Assembly: GCA_040758355.1 (NCBI GenBank)
Contig: JBFLWF010000002.1
Coordinates: 102,915-166,914, forward strand
Length of the DNA: 64,000 nt
Origin: Nitrospirota bacterium
GTDB lineage: Bacteria; Nitrospirota; Thermodesulfovibrionia; Thermodesulfovibrionales; Dissulfurispiraceae
Direction of reading: 5' to 3'
The translations under genes were made by a program, and so were the position numbers. Under the pieces are notes generated by a model. That model saw only the letters and a list, made by a program, of their open reading frames with translations, made no database searches and was not told the origin of the DNA. This document shows positions 1 through 8,455 of this stretch, piece by piece (the first letter of the stretch is position 1; every line of letters starts with the position of its first letter).

Positions 1-150
1 ATTCCATTCGCGGAAACAGGAGCAAGATACAGAAATATATTTACGGATGAAATTGTGACGGCCAAAAATTATAAAGACGCTACTGCATTAAAACTATCAG
101 AGGTGTTTTCGAATTCGCCTGTAGTTTTGCTCGAAAGGGTTTATACTTAA
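1..150 (+). CDS. treY: 3' end of malto-oligosyltrehalose synthase (partial, runs off window)
   Basis: Frame 1 reads IPFAETGARYRNIFTDE...LKLSEVFSNSPVVLLERVYT*, resembling the TreY C-terminus (YRNxFTGE...L.EVF..FPV.LL). Confidence 0.6.
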   Translation: MPFAETGARYRNIFTDEIVTAKNYKDATALKLSEVFSNSPVVLLERVYT

Positions 151-154
151 GTAT

Positions 155-1435
155 ATGGACAGCATTGTTGAAAGAAAAGAGGTAAGGGAAAAGTTGGAAG
201 ACATAAAGAAGGCGGATATCCTTGTCGGCATTCCGAGCTACAATAATGCCCGGACAATAGGCCATGTGGTGAAGGCAGTGCAGGCAGGGTTTGCCAAGTA
301 TTTCCCTGATAAAAATTGTGTCCTCGTAAATTCGGATGGAGGCTCAACAGACGGCACGATGGACGTTGTCCAGAACGCAGCCATTGAGGATTTCCAATCG
401 ATTCTCCTTCATCATAGGGTGAGGCCGGCTTTTAAAATAACAACTCCATATCACGGCATACCCGGCAAGGGAAGCGCATTCAGGACAATATTCGAGATAG
501 CGGATGTCTTGAATGTGAAGGCGTGCGCAGTCGTTGATTCTGATTTAAGAAGCATTACTCCGGAGTGGATAGAGCTTCTTATCAAACCTGTGGTTGAAGG
601 CAATCTCGACTATGTTGCACCCCTTTATCACAGGCATAAATACGACGGTACAATAACGAACAGCATAGTCTATCCTCTAACCCGTGCATTATACGGCAAG
701 AGTGTAAGACAGCCTATTGGCGGCGACTTTGGTTTTTCAGGAGAGCTTGCAAGGTTTTATCTGAGCAAGGATGTATGGGAGACGGATGTCGCAAAATACG
801 GAATAGATGTATGGATGACAACCACTGCAATTGCAAATAATTTCAAGGTATGCCAGTCATTCCTTGGAGCCAAGATTCACGATCCAAAAGACCCGGGCGC
901 TGATTTAAGCGCAATGCTTTATCAGGTGGTCGGAGCGACATTTGACCTTATGGAGACATATTCGGATGTCTGGAAAGATATAAAAAGCTCGGAGGCTGTC
1001 CTTACCTGCGGCTTTCAATACGCTGTGGGGCTTGAGCCTGTAAATGTAAATGTAGACAGGATGATTGATAAATTCAGGCTTGGCGTAAAAGAACTCATGG
1101 GGATATGGAAGGAGTTCATGCCGGAGAGCATTATAAAATTCCTTCAGAGGACAGAAAAGATATCGAAAAAGAGGTTCAATATCCCTGATGAGATATGGGT
1201 GGAGGTTATTTACAGTTTTGCCATTGCAGCCCATAAGAAGCTGATTAACAAAGAGCATCTGCTCAAGTCGCTAACCCCGCTTTATATAGGAAGAACAGCG
1301 TCTTTTGTGCTGGAGACATGGGAGAGCGATGCAGAGGAGGTGGAGGAAAAAATAGAGAATCTATGCATCGTCTTTGAGAATAAAAAAAGCTTGCTTATCG
1401 AGAAATGGGGTAATAGTATGGTAGAGGAGGTGTGA
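155..1435 (+). CDS. GT2 glycosyltransferase, glucosylglycerate/mannosylglycerate synthase-like
   Basis: GIPSYNN, DGGSTDGT, VDSD, RQPIGGDF and YGID motifs. Confidence 0.75.
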   Translation: MDSIVERKEVREKLEDIKKADILVGIPSYNNARTIGHVVKAVQAGFAKYFPDKNCVLVNSDGGSTDGTMDVVQNAAIEDFQSILLHHRVRPAFKITTPYHGIPGKGSAFRTIFEIADVLNVKACAVVDSDLRSITPEWIELLIKPVVEGNLDYVAPLYHRHKYDGTITNSIVYPLTRALYGKSVRQPIGGDFGFSGELARFYLSKDVWETDVAKYGIDVWMTTTAIANNFKVCQSFLGAKIHDPKDPGADLSAMLYQVVGATFDLMETYSDVWKDIKSSEAVLTCGFQYAVGLEPVNVNVDRMIDKFRLGVKELMGIWKEFMPESIIKFLQRTEKISKKRFNIPDEIWVEVIYSFAIAAHKKLINKEHLLKSLTPLYIGRTASFVLETWESDAEEVEEKIENLCIVFENKKSLLIEKWGNSMVEEV

Positions 1436-1436
1436 A

Positions 1437-2135
1437 ATGAAGAATATATTTGAAAGGATGATATCGGAGCCGTTAGAGGGTTTTTTAGAGAGGTTTATAC
1501 AATTTCTTCCCAACCTGATCTCGGCGATATTGCTGCTGATAACCGGATTATTTGCCGGCTGGCTGACTAAAAAGGTATTCTGCCGGCTGCTCAGGATTTT
1601 GAAGGTCGATGAATTTTCCGAAAGGCATGGAATCGATAATATTCTCCTAAAGGGAGGCATTAAGGAAAGTTTATCCTCTATTGTTGGACGATTTGCCGGC
1701 TGGCTGGTATTTTTTATTTTCGTCATAATATCCTTAAGCAGCCTGAATGTGCCGGCAATAGAAAGGCTTCTCGAAAGATTTTTCCTTTATCTGCCCAATC
1801 TCTTTGTTGCCGTTATTATTCTCCTGATAGGTTATCTGCTGAGCAATTTCTTTGGAAGGGCTGCTTTGATAGCGTCTGTGAATGCAGGCATCAGGTTTTC
1901 AGGCCTTATGGGCAAATTCGTGAAATTCGCTGTATTTATCCTCGCAGCCACAATGGCGCTTGAGCAACTGGGAATAGGAAGGGAGACGATAATCATTGCC
2001 TTTGCAATAGTATTCGGCGGAATCGTTCTTGCCCTTTCCATAGCCTTTGGTCTCGGCGGAAGGGATATTGCAAAGGAGTATCTTGAAAAGAAAGTGAAAG
2101 GTGAAGAAAAGAAGGACGAAATAAGTCATCTCTAA
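1437..2135 (+). CDS. Mechanosensitive channel (MscS/CmpX-type) conserved TM-helix protein
   Basis: Two FLPNL/YLPNL repeats, hydrophobic helices, AFGLGGRD terminus. Confidence 0.75.
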   Translation: MKNIFERMISEPLEGFLERFIQFLPNLISAILLLITGLFAGWLTKKVFCRLLRILKVDEFSERHGIDNILLKGGIKESLSSIVGRFAGWLVFFIFVIISLSSLNVPAIERLLERFFLYLPNLFVAVIILLIGYLLSNFFGRAALIASVNAGIRFSGLMGKFVKFAVFILAATMALEQLGIGRETIIIAFAIVFGGIVLALSIAFGLGGRDIAKEYLEKKVKGEEKKDEISHL

Positions 2136-2160
2136 AGATATGGAAGTATGTGGGGTAAGA

Positions 2161-2307
2161 TTATTTCAGCACAAATTCATGCCCGCACTTTTTGCAGAGG
2201 ACGGTATCGCCTTTTTTCCTGCCTTTGAAGTGCTGGGCTTTTTTGCATTTCGGGCATTTCCTGTAATAGCTGAAGATCGATAATAAAATCGGGCAGTAAT
2301 AAAGCAT
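2161..2307 (-). CDS. Small zinc-ribbon protein (48 aa, below the ORF-track cutoff)
   Basis: MLYYCPILLSIFSYYRKCPKCKKAQHFKGRKKGDTVLCKKCGHEFVLK*, with two CxxC motifs. Confidence 0.6.
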   Translation of the reverse strand: MLYYCPILLSIFSYYRKCPKCKKAQHFKGRKKGDTVLCKKCGHEFVLK

Positions 2308-2370
2308 AATCTATGCTACCATAAAAAATATGGAATTGGAATTTCTGAAATCACTGCAAAGGAGGGGCGT

Positions 2371-2838
2371 ATGAAACGGTACATATTAATCAGTGCCTTG
2401 CTTGTAATTATTTTATTTGGCACGGCGAATAACGTCTTTTCACAGGTAAAGATGCAAAAGGGACAAACGGTATATGTTCCTGCATACTCGCATGTATTCA
2501 GAGGCGACAATGCTATAGAGTACAATCTTGCTATCACCTTAATGATCCGTAATACTGATTTTAAGAACGCGATCACGGTTAAGGCAGTGGAATATTACGA
2601 CGATGACGGGAAACTGGTAAAAAAAATGATAGACAAGCCTGTTAAGATAGGGCCTATGGCATCGGCCTCATTCTTTATAAAAGAAAGCGATACAAGCGGC
2701 GGTGTAGGTGCTAATTTCATAGTCAAATGGGAATCTGAAAAAGCGATAAATGTTCCTATAATTGAGGCGGTGATGGTCGGAATTCGTTTGAATCAAGGCA
2801 TAGTGTTTATAAGTCCGGGGCAGGTAATCAGAGAATAA
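2371..2838 (+). CDS. DUF3124 family exported protein
   Basis: Signal peptide; GQTVYVPAYSH, IRNTD, GGVGANFIVKW. Confidence 0.8.
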   Translation: MKRYILISALLVIILFGTANNVFSQVKMQKGQTVYVPAYSHVFRGDNAIEYNLAITLMIRNTDFKNAITVKAVEYYDDDGKLVKKMIDKPVKIGPMASASFFIKESDTSGGVGANFIVKWESEKAINVPIIEAVMVGIRLNQGIVFISPGQVIRE

Positions 2839-4850
2839 TGGAATTAGAATTTTTAAAATCGCTGGTCTTAATCTTTGGCGTCTCGGCCATAGTGGTATTT
2901 GCACTTGGAAGGCTGAGGATTCCATCTGTTGTCGGTTTTCTTGTCGCCGGAGTAATCTTGGGGCCTCACGGATTTCAGTTCATCAAAGATGTCCACGATG
3001 TTGAACTCCTTGCAGAAATCGGCGTTATACTGCTTATGTTCACCATCGGACTCGAGTTTTCCTTGAAAAACCTCATGACCCTCCGCTCTCAGGTCCTGGG
3101 CGGAGGGCTTCTTCAGGTGGCATTGACCACAGGTTCGATTGCGGTTTTGAGTTTTTTCTTTTTTAAACAGGGGCTGAATGTGGCTGTATTCGACGGGTTC
3201 CTGGTGGCTCTGAGCAGTACGGCAATAGTCATCAAGCTGCTGATGGACAGGGCTGAAATCAATGCGCCGTACGGACGATCTTCGGTCGGGATACTCATAT
3301 TTCAGGACTTATGCGTAGTGCCTTTCATGCTTCTTATCCCGGTGCTCGCTGGCAACAGCGGGGGAATGGAAGAGATTGCATTTACGATGCTCAAGGCCTT
3401 TATGGTGGTAGGCATAGTGCTTTTTGCCGCAAGATGGGCTGTCCCGCATATCCTGCATGAAGTGGTAAAGACCAGAAGCCGTGAACTCTTTGTCATTACT
3501 ATAATATTGCTCTGTATAGGCACCGCTTTTCTCACATCTAAACTCGGACTTTCCCTTGCCCTCGGAGCATTTCTTGCCGGGATCGTGATATCCGAGTCCG
3601 AATACGCATCGCAGGCAATATCGGATATATTGCCCTTTAAAGAGAGCTTTACAGGATTGTTTTTTATATCCGTCGGCATGTTGATGAACATAGAGTTTCT
3701 ATCTGCAAATTTTGCGATGGTAATTACCGTGGTCTTTGCTATCCTGATTCTGAAATCCATTACCGGAATGGTATCCTCGTATATCGCCGGGCAGTCGTTA
3801 AGGGTCTCGATGCAGACAGGATTTTATATTTCACAGATAGGCGAGTTTTCTTTTGTGCTTGCTGTAGCTGGAAAGGCTGCCGGCCTTCTGACGGAATACG
3901 CCTATCAGATGTTTCTTTCGTCTTCCGTGCTGACAATGCTTTTTACGCCCTTTATTGCAGGCGTCTCGCCATCGGTATCTGCATGGCTTGTTTCAAAACC
4001 GATGCTGAAGCGGCTGGAACAGATGAAAAGGAGCAGGGAAAAGGAGTTGTATCCGGCAAAGAAATCCGGGCATGTAATAATAGTGGGTTTCGGTGTTAAT
4101 GGCAGCAATCTTGCGAGGGTCTTGAAGGAATCGGGCATTCCATATACTGTCCTTGAGATGAATGCAAATACGGTTAAAAAGATGAAAAAAAAGGGAGAAC
4201 CGATATATTACGGCGACGGCACGAGTGCAGAAATACTGCATAAGATGGGCATTCACAGGGCAAGCGTACTTGTGGTTGCCATATCCGATCCTGCGGCCAC
4301 ACGCAGGATTGTGCAGATTGCAAGGCATGAGAATCCAGCGCTTCATATTATTGTGAGAACCAGATATGTCGCAGAGGTTGACGATCTTATAAAGCTCGGT
4401 GCAAATGAAGTAATTCCTGAAGAGTTTGAGACATCTGTAGAAATATTCTCAAGGGTGCTTCATCAATATCATATGCCGAGGAATGTGATAGCAGAACATA
4501 TAGACGATATCAGAAAGAATAGTTACAGTGCCTTGAGGACGGTGGAACTGCCTAAAAAGCACCTCGCTGAAAGATATGAATTCCTAAAAGACATAGAGAC
4601 AGAGACATATCTCATTAAGAAAGGCTCTCATATAAGCGGGCATTCCATTAAAGAACTGCATTTAAGGGCAGAGACAGGTGTAACAATTATCGCTGTCCAG
4701 CGTGGAGATGAAGTCCATCAGAATCCATCACCTGACTTTATATTAAAATCAGGCGACGTGCTTTTGTTGATAGGCAAGAGGAAGGATATTAACAATGCCA
4801 TAGAATATCTTGAGTCAGATAAATTTTTAGTGGCAAAGTATCATAGATAA
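2838..4850 (+). CDS. Monovalent cation:proton antiporter-2 (CPA2/Kef-type) with TrkA-N and TrkA-C domains
   Basis: LMFTIGLEFS, ALSSTAIV, FQDL; GFGxxG Rossmann motif; C-terminal RCK_C. Confidence 0.9.
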   Translation: MELEFLKSLVLIFGVSAIVVFALGRLRIPSVVGFLVAGVILGPHGFQFIKDVHDVELLAEIGVILLMFTIGLEFSLKNLMTLRSQVLGGGLLQVALTTGSIAVLSFFFFKQGLNVAVFDGFLVALSSTAIVIKLLMDRAEINAPYGRSSVGILIFQDLCVVPFMLLIPVLAGNSGGMEEIAFTMLKAFMVVGIVLFAARWAVPHILHEVVKTRSRELFVITIILLCIGTAFLTSKLGLSLALGAFLAGIVISESEYASQAISDILPFKESFTGLFFISVGMLMNIEFLSANFAMVITVVFAILILKSITGMVSSYIAGQSLRVSMQTGFYISQIGEFSFVLAVAGKAAGLLTEYAYQMFLSSSVLTMLFTPFIAGVSPSVSAWLVSKPMLKRLEQMKRSREKELYPAKKSGHVIIVGFGVNGSNLARVLKESGIPYTVLEMNANTVKKMKKKGEPIYYGDGTSAEILHKMGIHRASVLVVAISDPAATRRIVQIARHENPALHIIVRTRYVAEVDDLIKLGANEVIPEEFETSVEIFSRVLHQYHMPRNVIAEHIDDIRKNSYSALRTVELPKKHLAERYEFLKDIETETYLIKKGSHISGHSIKELHLRAETGVTIIAVQRGDEVHQNPSPDFILKSGDVLLLIGKRKDINNAIEYLESDKFLVAKYHR

Positions 4851-4860
4851 AGGAGGTCTG

Positions 4861-5871
4861 ATGCTTCTCTGGATTGCATTTATAATCTGCACATCTATAA
4901 TCGTCTATGCAGGCACGAGGCTTTCGAAGTACGGAGATATTATTGCTGAAAAGACAGGCCTCGGAAGGACATGGGTAGGCGTTGTTCTCATGGCATCCGT
5001 CACATCCCTCCCTGAGCTCGTCACAGGAATAAGCTCTGTTACCTATGCAAATGTTCCAGATATTGCAGTCGGCGATGTGCTCGGAAGTTGTGTGTTCAAT
5101 ATGCTTATCATTTCTTTTCTCGATGCAATGCATCGTCCAACGCCAATATCGTCAAGGGCGCATCATGGACATGTGCTTTCTGCCGGTTTCGGAATACTGC
5201 TTCTGGGCATAGCTGCCATAGGTCTGTTTTTTGGGAACCGCATCCTTCCACCCGGCTGGCCTAAAATATGGATAGGGCCTTATACTTTGTTTTTCGTGGT
5301 TATATATTTTATTGCCATGAGATTAGTCTATTTTTATGAAAAAAGGCAGATTTCTGCATTCGTAAAGGAAATAGCGATTGAATTGAAATACGAAAAAGTC
5401 CCGACTAAGACAGCCGTTGTCAATTACATTGTCAATGCACTATTTGTTATAACTGCTGCTATCTTCTTGCCGAAGATCGGCGAAGGCATTGCAGAGGCAA
5501 CAGGTTTAGGACAGACCTTTGTTGGGAATATTTTTATAGCAGTTTCCACTTCTCTTCCGGAAGTAGTAGTCTCTATTGCTGCCGTAAAGATAGGCGCAAT
5601 AGACCTTGCAATCGGGAATCTATTCGGAAGCAATATATTCAACATATTCATACTCGCCCTCGATGATATCTTTTTTGTCAAAGGCCCTCTCCTTTCGTTC
5701 GCCAGTCAGAACCACATAATCTCTGCCTTATCAGCCATTGCCATGACAACTATCGCAATCATCGGTTTAACTTACCGCACAGAGAAAAAGCCGTTGCTTT
5801 TAGCATGGGACTCCATAGGGATATTGCTGATGTATGTGATAAATCTGATGCTGTTGTATATGATGAGATAA
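4861..5871 (+). CDS. Sodium:calcium antiporter (CaCA family)
   Basis: Two alpha repeats TSLPE...GSxxFN. Confidence 0.9.
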   Translation: MLLWIAFIICTSIIVYAGTRLSKYGDIIAEKTGLGRTWVGVVLMASVTSLPELVTGISSVTYANVPDIAVGDVLGSCVFNMLIISFLDAMHRPTPISSRAHHGHVLSAGFGILLLGIAAIGLFFGNRILPPGWPKIWIGPYTLFFVVIYFIAMRLVYFYEKRQISAFVKEIAIELKYEKVPTKTAVVNYIVNALFVITAAIFLPKIGEGIAEATGLGQTFVGNIFIAVSTSLPEVVVSIAAVKIGAIDLAIGNLFGSNIFNIFILALDDIFFVKGPLLSFASQNHIISALSAIAMTTIAIIGLTYRTEKKPLLLAWDSIGILLMYVINLMLLYMMR

Positions 5872-6033
5872 CTGGCAAATATCCGGCTGCAAAGGTGTAT
5901 ATTCCGCGCTTTTTAAAGGTTAAAGAACAAAGGTTTTTACATGACTTTTTAAGCCATTAATGATAAGATAAAGACTGTAAAACTTAATAAAAACAGGCAG
6001 TATAAGCTTTTAGCTCAATACTGGAGGTGTGTT

Positions 6034-6273
6034 ATGAAGACTTTCGATTTTACCGTAGTAGTCTGGAGAGAAAAAGAGGGATATGTTTCAAAATGCCCTG
6101 AATTAGGAGTGGCAAGCTGTGGGGACAGCATATCTGAGGCTACCTCTAATCTGAAGGAGGCGGTTGAGTTATATATTGAAAATGCAGAAGCTCTTGGAAT
6201 GATGGAAGACATTGAAGAAAGCCTCACAAGTAAGGAAAAGTTTACCTCTCATCTTGAAGTAACCTATGCCTAA
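6034..6273 (+). CDS. hicB: HicB family antitoxin (short, no DNA-binding domain)
   Basis: YVSKCPELGVASCGDSISEAxxNLKEAVELY. Confidence 0.85.
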   Translation: MKTFDFTVVVWREKEGYVSKCPELGVASCGDSISEATSNLKEAVELYIENAEALGMMEDIEESLTSKEKFTSHLEVTYA

Positions 6274-6505
6274 ACTGCCTGTTGTCTCCTCCAGACAGAT
6301 AATCAGGGTATTGCAGAAGATGGGCTTTCAAAATGCACCCAAAAGAGGAAAGGGCAGCCACCTCGCCTTTGTAAAGACAGAGACCGATAGAACCCGCCTT
6401 GTTATAGTCCCTGACAGAAACGAAATCCCTAAAGGAACGCTCCTTGCCATATTGGAACAGGCGGGACTTACAAAAGATGAGTTTATAAGACTACTGAATG
6501 AGTAA
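6266..6505 (+). CDS. hicA: HicA family toxin
   Basis: MPKLP start, GKGSH motif, EIPKGTLLAILEQAGL; overlaps hicB. Confidence 0.85.
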   Translation: MPKLPVVSSRQIIRVLQKMGFQNAPKRGKGSHLAFVKTETDRTRLVIVPDRNEIPKGTLLAILEQAGLTKDEFIRLLNE

Positions 6506-6513
6506 GGAAATTT

Positions 6514-6650
6514 ATGCCCAAAATTAACGAGGCGACGGATACCCCTATCTTCCCTCTCCCCTTTTAATAACTCCCCCCAACCCCCTCTTAATTTAAGAGG
6601 GGGCGAGGGGGAGTTAGGGTGAGGGGGAGTAATTTTCAGCAGATTGGTTG
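6514..6650 (+). pseudogene. Degenerate gene-start repeat copy 1 (MPKINEATDT...QQIG), interrupted by a G/C hairpin element
   Basis: atgcccaaaattaacgaggcgacggatacc...ttcagcagattggttg aligns with copies at 7825 and 8322. Confidence 0.65.
6543..6630. repeat. REP-like G/C-rich palindromic element
   Basis: taactccccc..ccccctcttaa-t-ttaagaggggg..gggggagtta (6568-6616) inside ccctctcccc...agggtgaggggg. Confidence 0.75.
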
Positions 6651-6718
6651 AAAATAAATAACTTTTCCTGAGAAATAATTTATAATTATGGCAAGTCTTA
6701 TGCGGAATGAGGAGGGGC

Positions 6719-7810
6719 ATGGCAAAGAGGGGAAAAGCTAAAAGCTCTGTCAATATAGCAAAGTCTAAGCCTGAAAAATACAAGCCGGTAGAATCAATAT
6801 ACAGCCAAATCAGAGATATTCTTGAAACAGCGAGAAATAATGCCTATCGCGCCGTAAATTTTGCGATGGTTCAGGCATACTGGAACATCGGCAGGGTCAT
6901 TGTGGAGGAAGAACAAAAAGGCAGGGCAAAGGCAGAATACGGAGAGTATCTGATTAAAGAATTGGCGGAGCGTTTGAAGAGGGAATTTGGAAGAGGTTTT
7001 GATTATTCAAATGTCAAAAATATGCGTCAGTTCTATCTGACTTTCCCAATTGGCGACGCACTGCGTAGCCAATTGAATTGGACGCATTATCGGTTACTGA
7101 TGCGTGTTGAGAAGGAGTCGGCAAGAAATTTTTATATTGACGAGTGTATATCTGGCAACTGGTCTACCCGCCAGCTTGAACGGCAGATAAATTCTTTCTA
7201 TTATGAACGGCTCCTTGCAAGCCGAGACAAAAAACCAGTCAGAGCCGAAATACAAAAGCTTGAGCCGGGTCCAGAGCCTAAAGATATTATAAAAGACCCC
7301 TATGTCCTTGAATTCCTCAATATAAAAGAAAGCAAAAAACACCTTGAGACAGACCTTGAACAAGGGCTGATAGACAAGCTTCATGATTTTCTTCTTGAAC
7401 TCGGCAAGGGTTTTTCATTTGTTGCCCGTCAGAAAAGAATAACCATTGAAGACGACCATTATTATATTGACCTTGTTTTCTACAATTATATTCTGAAATG
7501 CTTTGTTGTAATTGATTTGAAGGTCGGCAAACTGACCCATCAGGACATCGGGCAGATGGACTTTTATGTTCGCTACTTTGAGAAAGAAGTCAGACAGCCT
7601 GAAGATAATCCTACAATAGGACTGATTCTTTGCGCCCAGAAAAACGAGGCAATGGCAAAATATACTCTGCTAAATAACAGCAAGACGATATTTGCGTCAA
7701 AATATAAGCTCTACCTGCCTACTGAGAAAGAATTGAAAGAAGAACTTGAGCGTGAGAAAAGGATGATTGAAATGGAGTTGAAATTGTCAAAATCCAAAGG
7801 CAGGAAATAA
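6719..7810 (+). CDS. DUF1016 / YhcG family PD-(D/E)XK nuclease
   Basis: AYWNIG, KDPYVLEFL, LELGKGFSFVARQ, IDLVFY, IDLK; start moved to the ATG after RBS gaggagg. Confidence 0.9.
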   Translation: MAKRGKAKSSVNIAKSKPEKYKPVESIYSQIRDILETARNNAYRAVNFAMVQAYWNIGRVIVEEEQKGRAKAEYGEYLIKELAERLKREFGRGFDYSNVKNMRQFYLTFPIGDALRSQLNWTHYRLLMRVEKESARNFYIDECISGNWSTRQLERQINSFYYERLLASRDKKPVRAEIQKLEPGPEPKDIIKDPYVLEFLNIKESKKHLETDLEQGLIDKLHDFLLELGKGFSFVARQKRITIEDDHYYIDLVFYNYILKCFVVIDLKVGKLTHQDIGQMDFYVRYFEKEVRQPEDNPTIGLILCAQKNEAMAKYTLLNNSKTIFASKYKLYLPTEKELKEELEREKRMIEMELKLSKSKGRK

Positions 7811-7824
7811 GGTGTTCGGATAAA

Positions 7825-7935
7825 ATGCCTAAGACAAACGAGGCGACATCAACGGATTTAAAGGTAATTGAAAGGCTTCAGCAGATTGGCTGGAAGCAAG
7901 AAGACAGGCTATTTTATCAGCACAATGGGTTATAA
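7825..7935 (+). pseudogene. Degenerate gene-start repeat copy 2: 36-aa remnant resembling an HsdR-N/restriction-enzyme N-terminus
   Basis: MPKTNEATSTDLKVIERLQQIGWKQEDRLFYQHNGL*; NEA.T...I...L...GW pattern. Confidence 0.6.
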
Positions 7936-7968
7936 TTATTCCATCGAATAAAAAACGGAGGATTAAGG

Positions 7969-7993
7969 ATGCCTGAGATAAGCAGTGAAGTAA
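7969..7993 (+). pseudogene. Deletion scar of a DUF4160 toxin gene
   Basis: RBS ggagg plus ATG CCT GAG ATA AGC (MPEIS), joined directly to gtgaagtaa, just before DUF2442. Confidence 0.55.
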
Positions 7994-8003
7994 GGAGGTC
8001 ACA

Positions 8004-8288
8004 ATGTATTATGATGTTTTAGAGGCAAGGCATATTGAAGGGTACAAACTTGAGCTTGTCTTTGAAGATGGCAAGAAGGGGATTGTTGATTTGAGCGGGT
8101 ATCCGCAGAAAGGCGGTGTTTTTAGCCGCTTGGCCGACATTGAATATTTTAAGCAGTTTTTCGTGAACAAAGAAATCGGAACATTGTGCTGGCCTGATGG
8201 TCTGGATATTGCTCCTGAAACACTTTATCATGAGGCAACAGGCGAACCTCTGCCCGCATGGATGAGACCAGAAAAAGCAGTGGCCTAA
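8004..8288 (+). CDS. DUF2442 family protein (antitoxin partner of DUF4160)
   Basis: YKLELVFEDG, GTLCWPDGLDIAPETLY. Confidence 0.85.
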   Translation: MYYDVLEARHIEGYKLELVFEDGKKGIVDLSGYPQKGGVFSRLADIEYFKQFFVNKEIGTLCWPDGLDIAPETLYHEATGEPLPAWMRPEKAVA

Positions 8289-8321
8289 TCCGAAATGTTG
8301 AAAGAGAAATAAACGGAATTT

Positions 8322-8393
8322 ATGCCCTGAACAAACGAGGTCACAGACACCGACTTGAAGATAATTAAAAGGTTGCAACAACTTGGGTAGAAG
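8322..8393 (+). pseudogene. Degenerate gene-start repeat copy 3 with two in-frame stops
   Basis: MP*TNEVTDTDLKIIKRLQQLG*K. Confidence 0.65.
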
Positions 8394-8455
8394 GGAAACA
8401 TTTTCCCTGAAAATGCTCTATAATTATAACAATCTTTATGCAGGACAAGGAGTGT

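Noticed and set aside
6328..6783. 151-aa minus-strand ORF with a Pro/Gly-rich segment
   Set aside because: Artefact of the G/C hairpin element; antisense to hicA and DUF1016.
6514..8393. CRISPR array
   Set aside because: The repeats are diverged, separated by whole genes, and there are no cas genes.
8322..8393. Selenocysteine/pyrrolysine readthrough of the TGA and TAG codons
   Set aside because: The stops align with Lys and Trp codons of the sister copy, consistent with decay.
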